The position numbers were made by a program, and so were the translations under genes. The notes below the pieces were generated by a model. It was not told the DNA's origin, ran no database searches, and worked only from the letters and a program-made list of their open reading frames with translations. DNA of 64,000 nt from Octopus bimaculoides (Eukaryota): positions 11,495,973 through 11,559,972 of the forward strand of contig NC_068990.1 of assembly GCF_001194135.2 (NCBI RefSeq), read 5' to 3'. Shown here piece by piece: positions 39,918 through 52,477 of the stretch (position 1 is its first letter; every line of letters starts with the position of its first letter).

Positions 39918-40135
39918 TAAGATGATGATGATGATGATGACAATGATGATGATGATGATGATGACGACGACTATGATGATGATGATGTCGATGACTATAA
40001 CGATGATGATGATGTTGATAAGGATTATGTTGATGATGAAAATGGTGATGACGCTAACAAAAAAAACAGCAATGACGACAACAGCGACATTAATGACAGT
40101 GATGGCAACAACAGCAACAACAACGATGATGATGG
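39918..40135. repeat. (GAT/GAC/AAC)n low-complexity tract
   Basis: Directly visible; source of the poly-Met ORF. Confidence 0.95.
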
Positions 40136-40653
40136 TATTGTTGTTGTTAGAAATACATTATTCTTATTTTTATATTTATTTGTTTAAACCGAAGCCTGTG
40201 ACCTAATTGGAGCACTCTCATTACTCTTGCATATTTTATCCATGCTCACATAAAGAAAATTAAAATCGACCTCTGTAAGAATTAAACTTTAAGTGTAGAC
40301 AGACAAAACCAAATATAAATCCCTGTCTTTCATAATATACCATTCCTGTAAAATCACAGTTCTTTTGCAGCACCATTGATTCACAGACAGAAATAAGTGA
40401 GTGAACCACTTAAGAAAATAGATTAACAAAAGAAAATTAACAAGAGACTAATGAAGTATTTGAGGTTGACATAATGAAGTTTAAGCTTCTTCAGGTTAGA
40501 ATAACAGATTGTCAGGGTACATGACAAGCACCTTGTATTTATTATAGGTGTGTAGAAGAGTTAGTGGTTGGCGGTATTTGGTTCGCAATCATAAGGTTTT
40601 GAGTTTGATTCCTGGTGGTGTGTTGTGGCCTTCAGTAAGACAATTTATTCCAT

Positions 40654-40837
40654 ATTATTTACATTATTTGTATTATTTACATTTGATGGATATTTGTCCT
40701 CATCTTGTTTGTTGTTAACACAACATTTCGGCTGATATACTCTCCAGCCTTCATCAGGTGTCTTGGGGACAAATATCCGTTAAATGTAAATAATGTAAAT
40801 AATGTACATAATTCCTCATCTCTTGAATATAGAACTG
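40654..40837. mobile_element. Fold-back family H-A mini-element with 12-bp TSD
   Basis: TSD aatttattccat at 40642-40653 and 40838-40849; minus copy 40654-40768 fused to a plus-strand tail 40767-40837. Confidence 0.75.
40717..40762 (-). ncRNA. Minimal hammerhead-like motif (family H-A)
   Basis: GACAC-CUGAUGA-A-GGCUG-GAGAGUAUAU-CAGCC-GAAAU-GUU-GUGUU: canonical CUGAUGA, perfect 5-bp stem II, 5-bp stem I. Confidence 0.62.
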
Positions 40838-41083
40838 AATTTATTCCATGTTGCTTCAGTCCACTTGGTCATCAAATATGAGTTGTACTTGTTTTTCAAA
40901 GGGTCGGCCATGTCACTTTCTGTGTCATGCTGAATTTCTCTGAGAAGAACAATAAGAGTATGTGTCTGTGGAGTACTCAGCCACTTACATGTTAATCTTA
41001 TGAGTTGGTTATTCTGTTGATCAAACTAACAGGAACACTCGTCATTGTTACTGACGGAGTGTCATTTTTACTGTGTGTTATCT

Positions 41084-41487
41084 AAGGTGGCAAAGCTGGC
41101 AGAACCGTTAGCACGCTGGATAAAATGCTTAGTGGTATTTCATTTGCCGCTACGTTCTGAGTTCAAATTCCGCCGAGGTCGACTTTGCCTTTCATCCTTT
41201 CGGGGTCGATTAAATAAGTACCAGTTACGCACTGGGGTCGATATAATCGACTTAATCTGTTTGTCTGTCCTTGTTTGTCCCCTCTGTGTATAACCCCTTG
41301 TGGGCAGTAAAGAAATAGGTATTTCATTTGCCGCTATGTTCTGAGTTCAAATTCTGCTGAGGTCAACTCTGCTTTTCATCCTTTCGGGGTCAATAAATTA
41401 AGTACCAATGGAACACTGGAGTCGATGTAATCAACTATCACCCACCCCTAATTTTCAGGCTTTGTGCCTATAGTAGAAAGGATTATT
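41084..41487 (+). mobile_element. Tandem SINE family B copies
   Basis: Full B copy followed by a 5'-truncated variant. Confidence 0.9.
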
Positions 41488-41814
41488 ACTGTGTGTTATA
41501 CGAAATGTATATGCACCATTAGAAGGCATGATGCTGTGGAGTTGTCTGACATAAAATCTCTTCATAGACACGTGTTAAAAGCAATATATATGAGAGCAAG
41601 ATATGTAAACAATAGATGTATGTTGTCTTTCTAGAGGCTTGTGCACACAGTTGTTACTTGTTTGAATGAAACTCATACCTTAATATATAGGAAACAATGA
41701 ATAAAATCCCCACTGGTAATATTGATGCTTGCCTGGTTGTAGGGACTGAACCTGGAATCACATGGTTGGTAACCACACAACCACACCTGTGCCTTAGTAG
41801 CATGTTGTCCATAT

Positions 41815-41970
41815 TTACATGCTGAATTCAAATTCTGCTGAGGCCAACTTTATCTTCCATCCTTTTGGGGTAAATCAAATAATTACCAGTTATGCACCAG
41901 GGTTGATATAATCGACTAGTCCCTCCTTGTAAATTTCAGGCTTTGCGCCTATACTACAATGGATTATTTC
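41815..41970 (+). mobile_element. SINE family B, truncated and degenerate
   Basis: gaattcaaattctgctgaggccaactttatcttccatcctttt. Confidence 0.7.
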
Positions 41971-42928
41971 TACCATTGATGTGAGAGCTTCTAATTATTG
42001 CTGTGGCAGCTTTTGACCCTTTCAATTTGTTACCAGGGTTCACCTTGTGCCGAAACCTCTTCAACATTCTTTTCTTCTTTCTTATTTATTTTGTTATGTA
42101 TTCACACACACACACCTGAGATCTTACCTTAAGCACATTTCCCCACCATTCCTTACAATAACTAAAAATTTCTGTAATTCTCTTCTACTCAATATTTTTC
42201 TCTGGCAAACATTAATCTAAAGATTTTTAATCTGAACATGAAACAGTTCAATCTCATAAGTAGAAAAAGGGCCAGAGTATGTCCATAGATACTGCTTCTT
42301 TTTCGACATTAAACTATTATTAAAACTCTAATAATCAAACACACACCCTAATCACATCCCTTCTTACAAGTTCACTGAAATCTACTCTTAATAAACAAAT
42401 AATTATCACAGATAACACTCAACAATTATTCATAACAAATATATTTAGATAAATATACAGAGAACTACAAACAAACTTTCAAAAGAATTAGAAATTAAAA
42501 TGAATAAATTATAGAAATAACCAAATTAAAAGAATAGATTAAATATACTTTGAACTAATGTTCAAAGTATAATCATAATATAGTTACTAAATTGACAACC
42601 ATTATTCACTGTTCTTCTTAAATGTCAACCAACCACAATACTACACTCCATTTAGTCAATCAATGAATCATTTCCAGCACTAATTAGATTATAAAAAAAA
42701 ATACTGATCTATCTATCATTACTGATATTCATCCATACAATTCATTTACCTCAAATATCAAACTCAGAAGAAGATTAGTTGTGTAGCTTAAAGGTCCACT
42801 AGTCTTTCTTATTAAAACATATACTAAGCATAAACATTTTCTCCTTATATTAAACAACGGCACAATTAAGGAATCAGAATGGCTCAACATTAAACTGGTC
42901 GACAGACCTCCAAGTTTTTTGCTTCTCA

Positions 42929-43336
42929 TTTACTCATTTACTTGTTCCAGTCATTTGACTGTGGCCATGCTGGAGCACTGCCTTTCATCGAGCAAATCAA
43001 CCATGGGACTTATTCTTTGTAAGCCTGTACTTATTCTATCGGTCACTTTTTGCCGAACCGCTAAGTTATGGGGACATAAACACACCACCATCGGTTTGGT
43101 TGTCAAGCGAGGGGGGGGGGGACACAGACACACAAACATATGCACACACATGCATATATATATATATACATATATACAACAGGCTTCTTTCAGTTTCCGT
43201 CTACCAAATCCACTCACAAGGATTTGGTTGGCCTGAGGCTATAGTAGAAGACAATTACCCAAGGTGTCACGCAGTGGGACTGAACCTGGAAACATGTGGT
43301 TGGGAGGCAAGCTACTTACCACACAGCCACTCCTGC
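42929..43336 (-). mobile_element. SINE family A, full-length
   Basis: All A blocks present, head gcaggagtggctgtgtggtaag on the minus strand. Confidence 0.92.
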
Positions 43337-43387
43337 GCCACTTCATCAGTCTTTCTAAAGTGATAAACTGTATTCTGGAAGCTTCTC

Positions 43388-43759
43388 CGGCGCTTACGAC
43401 TTCAAGGGTTCCAGTTGATCCGATCAACGGAACAGCCTTCTCATGAAATTAACGTGCAAGTGGCTGAGCACTCCACAGACACATGTACCCTTAACGTAGT
43501 TCTCAGGAATATTCAGCGTGACACAGTGTGACAAGGCTGACCCTTTGAATTACAGGCACAACAGAAACAGGAAGTAAGAGTGAGAGAAAGTTTTGGTGGA
43601 AGAGTACAGCAGGGTTCGCCTGCCATCCCTTGCTGGAGCTTTGTGGAGCTTTAGGTTTTTTCGCTCAATAAACACACACAACACCTGGTCTGGGAATCAA
43701 AACCGCGATCCTATGACTGCGAGTCCGCTGCCCTAACCACTGGACCATTGCGCCTCCAC
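43388..43759 (-). mobile_element. SINE family C head with alternative long tail
   Basis: Head gtggaggcgcaatggtccagtggttagggcagcggactc...ggttttgattccc; tail shared with 63160-63450. Confidence 0.88.
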
Positions 43760-43777
43760 CATAACATTTTGATCATA

Positions 43778-43839
<62 letters not shown>
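43778..43839. repeat. (ATT)n microsatellite
   Basis: Directly visible. Confidence 0.95.
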
Positions 43840-43840
<1 letters not shown>

Positions 43841-44194
43841 GACTACTCATTTTTATTTTTCATTTTTGGTTCCTAGGAAAATATGCAGTAGTTTTTTTTT
43901 TTTTAATTCTGTGTGATTTTGTACAAAATTTTGTTTTAATTTACATAAATTAGTCTAAAAGATTTATTTTCTTATCATGAACTTTTTTCTCCAATGTCTG
44001 CTGCAGTGCTGAAGGGTGAACAATATTCTTACTTTCTCGAATAATATAGGAAGTAACAGAAAAATTCTCATAGAATATGACATTCTGCAAAAAATGCGAC
44101 ATTATGCAAGATTTCAACTAACCAGAACCAAAACAGTGGCCTGCAACTAAGAACATACATACATACATACATACATACATATGCATACCTTTCC

Positions 44195-44774
44195 TTCTTT
44201 CCTTCTTTGGACACAAAACCCTGCTTTTGAAGACCTGTTGAGGTAAGTGAAATCAAAATCGAACCAAATTTGACAACTGGCACCCATGCCAACCTTCCTT
44301 CATTGGACACTAAACTCTGCTTGTGAAGACCTGTTGGGGCAAGTGAAATCGAAACTGAACCAAATTTGATGACTGGCACCTGTGCCAGTGGAGCGCTAAC
44401 TGCACCATCCGAGCAGGATCACTGCCAGAGCAGCAGCCTGGCTTCCGTGCTGGTGGCACATTAAAAAGCACCATTTGAGTGTGATCGTTAACAGCGTCGC
44501 CTTACTGGCACTTGTGCCAGTGGCATGGGAACAAAACATTTGAGCGAGGTCATTGCCAGCACTGCTGAACTGGCTCTCATGCTGGTGGCATATAAAAGCA
44601 CCCACTACACTCTCGGAGTGGTTGGCGTTAGGAAGGGCATCCAGCTGTAGAAACTCTGCCAAATCAGATTGGAGCCTATTGCAGCCTTCTGGTTCGCCAG
44701 TCCTCAGTCAAATCGTCCAACCCATGTTAGCATGGAAAGCGGACGTTAAACGATGATGATGATGATGATGATGA

Positions 44775-44776
<2 letters not shown>
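44195..44776 (+). mobile_element. RTE-type 3' UTR with internal tandem duplication, ending in (GAT)n
   Basis: Repeated cttccttc...tggacac...gaagacctgttg...aagtgaaatc unit; gagtggttggcgttaggaagggcatccagctgtagaaa tail. Confidence 0.85.
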
Positions 44777-44804
<28 letters not shown>

Positions 44805-44813
<9 letters not shown>

Positions 44814-45020
44814 CGAGACCTTTGGAGATATGCTATGCTTGAGAAGACCCGGCAAGCCAAATGAGACCGTAACCATGGCCTATGTCAGTGCAGCATAACC
44901 AGCCCATTTAAGAGTAACCTTCAATCATTGGGCAATAAACTGTGCTTGAGAAGACCTGTTGAGTCAAGTGAAATCATTGTCATGGCCGATACCAATGCCG
45001 TCTGACTGCTACCTGTGCTG
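44805..45020 (+). mobile_element. RTE-type fragment (end of ORF and start of 3' UTR)
   Basis: cctttggagatatgctatgcttgagaagacccggcaagccaa matches 7990-8040. Confidence 0.8.
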
Positions 45021-45021
45021 G

Positions 45022-45290
45022 GATTCTGAACATTGATGTCACTGACTTTGAAGACAAGAAAAGTAACATACGTTTTCAAGAAGGCAATGTCAAAGACATG
45101 ATAATAAGGATTTGAGGAGGCTGGAGATTGATGGACAAAGCATATTTATTTGGTGGAATGAGGGTGGGAGAGTTTAAGTCAAGGGAGCTTGTAGTTGTCA
45201 TTGCTGGAATCCAGAGGAGAGAAGTGGAAAACATGAAGAGTGGATTTGACCTCTGCCTAGACGCAACATTTGAGAGGGAATTTTGAAGAA
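45022..45290 (-). pseudogene. LINE apurinic-type endonuclease relic (CR1/Jockey-like)
   Basis: Minus frame PLDSSNDNYKLP*LKLSHPHSTK*ICFVHQSPASSNPYYHVFDI...VSDINVQN matches the WLKL...ICxVYxSP...GDFNVH pattern. Confidence 0.65.
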
Positions 45291-45374
45291 ATAACTGAAA
45301 AGATAACTTATATACATGCAAGAGCATTTACTTACAAATGAATATGTGTGTGTGTGAGTGTTTTTGAGAATGAA

Positions 45375-45410
<36 letters not shown>

Positions 45411-46289
45411 TGTGTGTGTGTGTGTGTATATATACATACACTCATACATACATATATATTTATATATGCATATATATANNNNNNNNNNNNNNNNNNNNNN
45501 NNNNNNNNNNNNNNNNNNNNNNNNNNNNNNNNNNNNNNNNNNNNNNNNNNNNNNNNNNNNNNNNNNNNNNNNNNNNNNNNNNNNNNNNNNNNNNNNNNNN
45601 NNNNNNNNNNNNNNNNNNNNNNNNNNNNNNNNNNNNNNNNNNNNNNNNNNNNNNNNNNNNNNNNNNNNNNNNNNNNNNNNNNNNNNNNNNNNNNNNNNNN
45701 NNNNNNNNNNNNNNNNNNNNNNNNNNNNNNNNNNNNNNNNNNNNNNNNNNNNNNNNNNNNNNNNNNNNNNNNNNNNNNATATATATATATATATATATAC
45801 TCTAACACACACATACATCACACTTTCATACACTGCAGGCATATGACAATGATGATGATGATGATGTTGATGATGATGATGATGATGATGTTGATGGTTC
45901 TCGAAATTGATTCAGAATCTGGAGACTTTATCTGCAGGAGGAAAATGTAAGTGTTGTTTGTGACTGTATAACATCGTGTTTATTGTAGAATAATGTGAGA
46001 ATTAACATTTGTTAAATTATCACCCAATGTGGTTGTGCTCGTGGCAAAACATGTGTGATTCCAGTCCACTCCTAGATATTGCAAGAAAGCTGTACGAAGT
46101 GGAACCACAAGTTTTACACCTTGATGTTAAATTCTTGTAATTTACCTGCTCGTTAGAAATGCTACATAAACTGTTCACCAAAACAATTGTGCAAGTTTCA
46201 GAAATTGGTTATCAACTCAATGATTCACTTTAGGTTCTTCAATTTATTATTGAAACAGCTTCAATATTTACTTATCCATTAAATGGTAT

Positions 46290-46697
46290 ACTCTTTAACT
46301 CTTTACTCTTTTACTTGTTTCAGTCATTTGACTGTGGCCATGCTGGAGCACCGCCTTTAGTCGAGTAAATCGATCCCCAGGGCTTATTCTTTGTAAGCCT
46401 GGTACTCTTTTGCCGAAGCGCTAAGCTACAGGGACATAAACACACCAGCATTGGTTGTCAAGCGATGTTAGGTGGACAAACACAGACACACAAACATACA
46501 CACACACACATATATATATATATACATATATACCACAGGCTTCTTTCAGTTTCTGTCTACCAAATCCACTGACAAGGCTTTGATCGGCCCGAGAACTATA
46601 GTAGAAGACACTTGCCCAAGATGCCATGTAGTGGGATTGAACCTGGAACCATGTGGTTGGTAAGCAAGCTACTTACCACACAGCCACTTCTGTGCCT
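46290..46697 (-). mobile_element. SINE family A, near full-length
   Basis: A blocks and head present. Confidence 0.9.
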
Positions 46698-47378
46698 ATG
46701 GGATATTTTATCATATATTTCACTGAATTTTTTTTGCATGAGATGATGGGAGTTTCTTTCTATTTAAGCCAAATAAAAATACTGCTAGGTTTAGTTGTAT
46801 GATACCAAAACAAGTCACAAATATTACATAATTATTTCATATGAAATCTGTGGACAACACCAGTTACACTCTCAATGATGTCTAAGAATTAAGCTGAGAT
46901 GGCATCCTTTTTAAAACAACCACTTTTTAAACATCCATATTAGATTTGCATGTAAATCTAGGATCCATGTGCTTAGTATAGAATTCTGCAAAAATTTGTT
47001 TACACTCATAACTTATTGTTGAAATAATTAGTCCCGCTCTTCTGGAATTGTAACATTCCAACATCTGGAACTGATGAAGGAGTGTTCCAATTTCAGAAGA
47101 CTGGACGAGCCTTGTGATTTCTGGCACCTTGGAAACAAGTTGAATTTCTGTGCTTTTATAAGTTTGTGCACGCGCACACACTCACACTCACATATATACA
47201 TTTGAAGCCAATAACGATTTTATTGAATGAATTTTCTCTTTAGTATTTCATGATATTTGTATGTAAATTTGGCAAATGTATGTTAAAATGAGATGTCAGA
47301 GTTAGTTTCACTTTTGGATAATTTAGATAACAATTTATTCACCGCACCCTATATATATAGCTATATCTATGTATATAA

Positions 47379-47418
<40 letters not shown>

Positions 47419-47924
47419 AAAGGGTGTGTTATAATACTATTCCACAGCCATACCAGTAATCCAACATACCTCCATCATCAGCTGGATATCAGTATGGTTT
47501 CAACACCAGGCAGTACCATTCAATCCGGTGGTTTCAACTGCACCAAAATAAGTGTTGTATGGAAACAAACAAACCAAAAAAACTACAACTTTCAAACATA
47601 TTTACTCTATGTACAACCGTACTAATAAATAAATTAAATAAGTAAATTATAACCACTCCTAAATACGTAACTAAGCAGCAACAAATCTATTAAGTCATAC
47701 AAAAATTATAATCCCTACTGTCTTCCATAGAATGATATAAAAGTGAAAGCTTAATAACCACATTATTTCAATCAATCAATATATAGGCAGGATTAAACAC
47801 AACCTTTGATAAAACTACAACAAAGAAACATAAAACAATGTACATTGTATCGGTATTAATAGGAAAGTGAAATGGCTAAATTATATGCTAAATTGCTATA
47901 TATACATATGTATGTATGTATGCA

Positions 47925-48145
47925 TGAATAAGTGGTGAAATGTTCCTGGTTTTGGGTGAAGAAAAAAACAGGAGTATCAGTTGATTATGACTGTATTCAA
48001 CACATTTCCTTCTGAGATTCACACACTAATTGCAGTGGCCCTTCAATTTGTCTAAGCCCTATAAAAGAACTTGGAAGATTGGGCTTCCAGCCAGGCTTTT
48101 TGTGATGCTCTTAAAGCCAGGAACTTTTCAGCACTCACTCCTCGC
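47925..48145 (-). mobile_element. Mariner-derived MITE, copy 4
   Basis: Reverse-oriented body; ends aaagccaggaacttttcagcactcactcctcgcata. Confidence 0.8.
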
Positions 48146-48336
48146 ATATATATATATATATATATACACACACATACATACTGTATGCGTTTATGAATTT
48201 ATTTGACCAAAAAAAAATATTATGACCATCCCAAAATACGACTATATATGGCCACAATCAAATGACTGAAACATGGCTGACCACTTGATCCACAAGTCTT
48301 TTTTTATTCTTTCTCTGTTTATATCCTTGTGTTCCT

Positions 48337-48567
48337 TTCTTATTTCTTTACTGCCCACAAGGGACTACACACAGAGGGGACAAACAAGGACAGTCAAAGG
48401 GATTAAGCCGATTGCATCGACCCCAATGCATAACTGGTATTTAATTTATCGACCTCGAAAGGATGAAAGGCAAAGTCAACCTCAGCGGAATTTGAAGTCA
48501 GAATGTAGCAGCAGACGAAATACCGCTAAGCATTTCGCCCGGCGTGCTAACATTTCTGCCAGCTCAC
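48337..48567 (-). mobile_element. SINE family B, full-length
   Basis: B consensus in reverse. Confidence 0.9.
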
Positions 48568-48570
48568 AGC

Positions 48571-48608
48571 TCTTTCTGCTGAAGAGCTTAAGCTCAAAGC
48601 GTAAAAGA
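48571..48608 (+). ncRNA. Minimal hammerhead-like motif (family H-B), GAAAC decayed
   Basis: UCUUU-CUGCUGA-A-GAGC-UUAA-GCUC-AAAGC-GUA-AAAGA; perfect stems I and II. Confidence 0.5.
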
Positions 48609-48709
48609 CTTTCTCACCTTTCTGTGCATCAAACTAATACACCTACTTATTTATACACCTGTCTTCATCTTTTGATCTTCTGTAAATTTCAACTTTATAT
48701 ACATACACA

Positions 48710-48756
<47 letters not shown>

Positions 48757-49404
48757 TTACATATAGATAGATATATAGACATACATCAAAGCTTAAACAG
48801 CAATCTAATAATATTAATATAGGTATATTTTATGTGTACATAGCATCTAGGGATTGAAATCCTTGGTCCATAAATGGAGCATGTTCTTTTGAAAGCATTT
48901 TTACCTATGCACATTTAAACTTCTAACAAGGCCATCATAATCCAAGTCTTTAAAGACTGTGCATTACTGTAATTTCACAATGGATATTGTAATGAATACA
49001 TTTAAAGATTTACAAGTTTGATAGTTAGGTGTGACTTTAAGATCCAAGTTTTATAAAATACCATATTCTAGAGCTGATCTATGTTCGACTGGCATTCAGT
49101 ATTGGAGTAATTCCTCAAGGCACTAGTTTTTGTATGCTATAAATGATTTTGCGTAGAATCAGATCATGCAGAGTCTTTGAAGTAAAGTTTCTGAGGTGTA
49201 ACACATCAGTTAGCATCATTATCTCAGCTATTATCTGGTGTTTGTGACCTAAAATATGAAACAACATAAAAGATAACAATAAAATCAAATTTTGTCAGCG
49301 GTATTGTTTTGCCTAATGATCTTAATAATGTAAGTTTTTTGCATGGATTAAAAATGAACTCCAACAGTTTATGATTGTACCTAAAGCAGAATTTTCTACC
49401 AATT

Positions 49405-49620
49405 AGAAATAATGGTTTCAAATTTTGGCACAAAGCTAGAAATTTTGAGGGAGGGAGTGAGTCATTTTCATTGACCATCATGCTCAGCTGATGCTAATTT
49501 TATCAACCCTGAAAGGATGAAAGGCAAAGTTGATCTTAGCAGCATTTGCACTCAGTTGGATAAAATACTGCTAAGCATTTTGATTGGAATGTTAATGATT
49601 CTGCCAGCTCACCACCTTTT
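49405..49620 (-). mobile_element. SINE family B, degenerate
   Basis: ccctgaaaggatgaaaggcaaagttga...ctgccagctcaccacctt. Confidence 0.75.
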
Positions 49621-49959
49621 AACAAGAAAAATAATGGACACAGTTTATGCTCTACTGAGTTACTAATGCCCCTCTCTCTCAATATTTAAATAATTAGATA
49701 CAACAGCAGTTAATCTCCATCAAAATATAACACTAACTGATTTTCCTAATAAAAAAATTCCTGGTATAAACTGCTCACTGGCGTCATTTGGCAACGTTAT
49801 GCTTTCATTTGCATCAAACACACTCACAACAGGATTCACAGCAAAAGCTCATTTTAAATTATCGAATGCCCTTTACTGAACATTTATCCAATCAAATTCA
49901 TTATATTTCTTGTGTAAATTTGGAAATAGTTCAATCATTTCAGGATATTTTGATGAATA

Positions 49960-50860
49960 TAAACCATGAATTTTACCAATCCTGAAAAAGCCTTCGATTT
50001 TCTCTTAGAAGGTGGAGAAACATTTAATATTTTTCTGGACCAAATGTCAGTGTGGAAAACACATTCCTTTGAAATCAAATATCCTCAAATCAATATCCTG
50101 CCACTATAAATATAGATTTCTTTGAATCAATAGCCATGCCTGCAGTTCACAGGCAATCCATTTTAATCTTGGTCTTTAATTTCGTTTTGGTCATTGCACT
50201 GAAACATGTCATTCCGATACATTCTTTTATTTTTTAAATTGCCTCCAAAAGCATTCCATTGAAAAATTGCACTGGCAGTTTTAATTTATGAAGGGATTCA
50301 ATTCCACCTTGACAAAATAATAGGGGTGTTAATGGTGGTGCTATATTTGGGATAATTATTGATTTGAATTTGGTGCTTCACACTTCTAATTTGCTGAAAA
50401 AGATACCATCCCACAAAATAAGTGAAAACTGGATTCAGCATGAGAATTTGAATAAGAGTCCAAATGGATGTTGAGATTGATACCTAGCTTGTAGTCACAA
50501 CAGATGCACAAATTTCTGTCTGGCTTTTTTACACCTGCAATAGAGGAGATCCATTTACTACCAATAGATGGAATATGCCAAGTTCAATCCTTTTTTTTTT
50601 TTTTGTCACTTTAGAACTACTAGGGAAAATTAAAATTGGCAGTTTGTGAGATTCAAATTTTGCAAGGTGTATCTTTCTCTCAATTCATTATTGACCTCTT
50701 AACGATTCAGTATGTTCATATCTTCAGTAGAATCTAATAATCTTGCACTATCAATGTTTGTGTATCAGCTTTAACAAGTCCATGACTTCTGTTTCAATCT
50801 GTACTGATTCTAAGGTATCTTCAAAGAAGTGTTCGTTTTTGATCTCTTATACTCAGAGTA
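49960..50860 (-). pseudogene. Ty3/Gypsy LTR-retrotransposon pol (reverse transcriptase) relic
   Basis: Minus strand SKWISSIAGVKKPDRNLCICCDYKLGIN...DSYS, then STTINTP...RW...IKTASAIFQ, YRND (for YQDD) and AGMAIDSKK in the Gypsy RT motif order, with frameshifts and stops. Confidence 0.82.
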
Positions 50861-51975
50861 TCATTGACTTTTAAGAAGTTTTGCTTGCCACTGAATACCC
50901 AAAATATTAGTTCACTAATTGTCACAGTTATTTACTTTTCCATACGGACATACACTAGTGTAGCTAGAGTGTGTGATACCCAGGGTGGCTCTTTCATTTG
51001 CTGCACATGGACCCCACAAAAAATACACATATTGCCTACAGCAGACCCAAAAGTACCACTCCTTTAAAAGTGCCACCCTTACTGTCATCTCCCCAGCTAC
51101 ACTAATGCAGACATGGATATATATTAAGAATTAGACCAAGTTCTTTAGTCATTTCTTGTTTCCTCATTTGTTTACATATCCATACTGACTTTATTCAATT
51201 CATGATGAAGAAAAGCAATTTTCCCTGCCCTGTTGTTTAAACACATACTTTCAACAGACCTTTCATCATCAATTTGTTTCAGAAGTTTTACATTTTTCTA
51301 TTTAAAGCTACTAACTGATTAAATGTGATTCTTTCTGCTATACATTTCATATATATATATATATATATATATGTCTTTCTAAATGCACAACATATCCCAT
51401 TAATGCTTGTAACCACAAAATTTACATTTTGAAAACTTATTTATTTTGACAATATGACACATTAGCAATTTTACTTTCCACATTATGGGAATTTTTGAGT
51501 CTTGTCGAAATGGAATATCATTGCCTGTTGTATGAAGTTCACACATTCTATAAGCAAAATGTTTCCCAACTGCAATGGTTCCAAGACGTTGTCAGTTTCA
51601 AACCTTTTAAGAAACTTATTTGTATTAATTCTTCTTCGATATTTTTGTCACCCTAACAAGGAATATAGAACGTACAAAGCTCAAAACAATAATAAAATCA
51701 ATGCAAATACTTTACAATGAATAGCCCTCAAAGATTCTTGCTGCAAATACATAGATTTTATTCATTCAACATTGACCAACTTCCTTCTAAGCTTCACTTT
51801 ATTCCTCATTGTCTCATATATTCTACTGAAATGTATGCATGTCTTCCAGCCTATTTATATGAACCATGAGTGACACCTTTAATATATTTTCAATTCTACC
51901 TTTTGACACAAATAAAATATATGCTCTCTTTTCGATTACCACATTCAGGAATATCCTCCAGTTTTTTAAGGATTA

Positions 51976-52236
51976 GTGGAGGCATGTGGCTTAGTGGTTA
52001 GGGTGTCGGCATCATGATCGTAAGATTGTGGTTTCGATTCCTGAACCAGGCGATGCGTTGTGTTCTTGAGCGAAATACTTCATTTCACGTTGCTCCAGTC
52101 CACTCAGCTGGCAAAAATGAGTAACGCTGCGATGGACTGGCGTCCCGTCCATCTGGGGAACACATACGCCATTGAAACCGGGAAACCAGGCCCATGAGCC
52201 TGGCTAGGCTTTAAAAGGGCGCATTTATTTATTTTT
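51976..52236 (+). mobile_element. SINE family C (V-SINE-like), full-length
   Basis: A-box-like tggcttagtgg, B-box-like ggtttcgattcc, central ctgcgatggactggcgtcccgtcca. Confidence 0.9.
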
Positions 52237-52477
52237 CTTTTTTAGGGATTATGATACCAGCTAAATGTATTAAGAATGCACCAACAAGCGCAATATTAAA
52301 AAAATTCAAATTTAAATCCTACTAGTGACACCAGTTGTTTCAATGTAAATAATTCACAAATTCAATAATGCAGAAATAACTATTCATTACTGAAGGTTCA
52401 ATATAGCATCCCAGTTTCTAAAAAAATAGTCAAATGTCTCTCACATTAAATACTCTGTTTTAAAAATATTCTTTTCT

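Larger units (their letters stand above)
40553..41050 (+). mobile_element. Degenerate tRNA-head SINE (family C-like tail) split by the insertion at 40654-40837
   Basis: Head ttagtggtt...gagtttgattcc before the insert; tail matching the reverse of 43390-43540 after it. Confidence 0.6.

Noticed and set aside
39910-40206. Poly-Met ORF
   Set aside because: (GAT)n low-complexity tract, no splice or domain support.
42749-42830. Possible minus-strand exon ending at GAG/gtaaat
   Set aside because: Weak acceptor, unrecognised peptide, no partner exons.
46927-47181. 84-aa minus-strand ORF with protein-like composition
   Set aside because: Only loose LINE RT resemblance with motifs out of order; no splice support.
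49990-50330. Initial impression of a Helitron/PIF1 helicase (HKLKL, VAG motifs)
   Set aside because: Adjacent frames give a much better ordered match to Gypsy RT motifs.
51976-52050. tRNA-like heads with A and B boxes (also 58668, 6700-6780)
   Set aside because: 5' ends of SINEs; they continue into SINE body rather than closing an acceptor stem.
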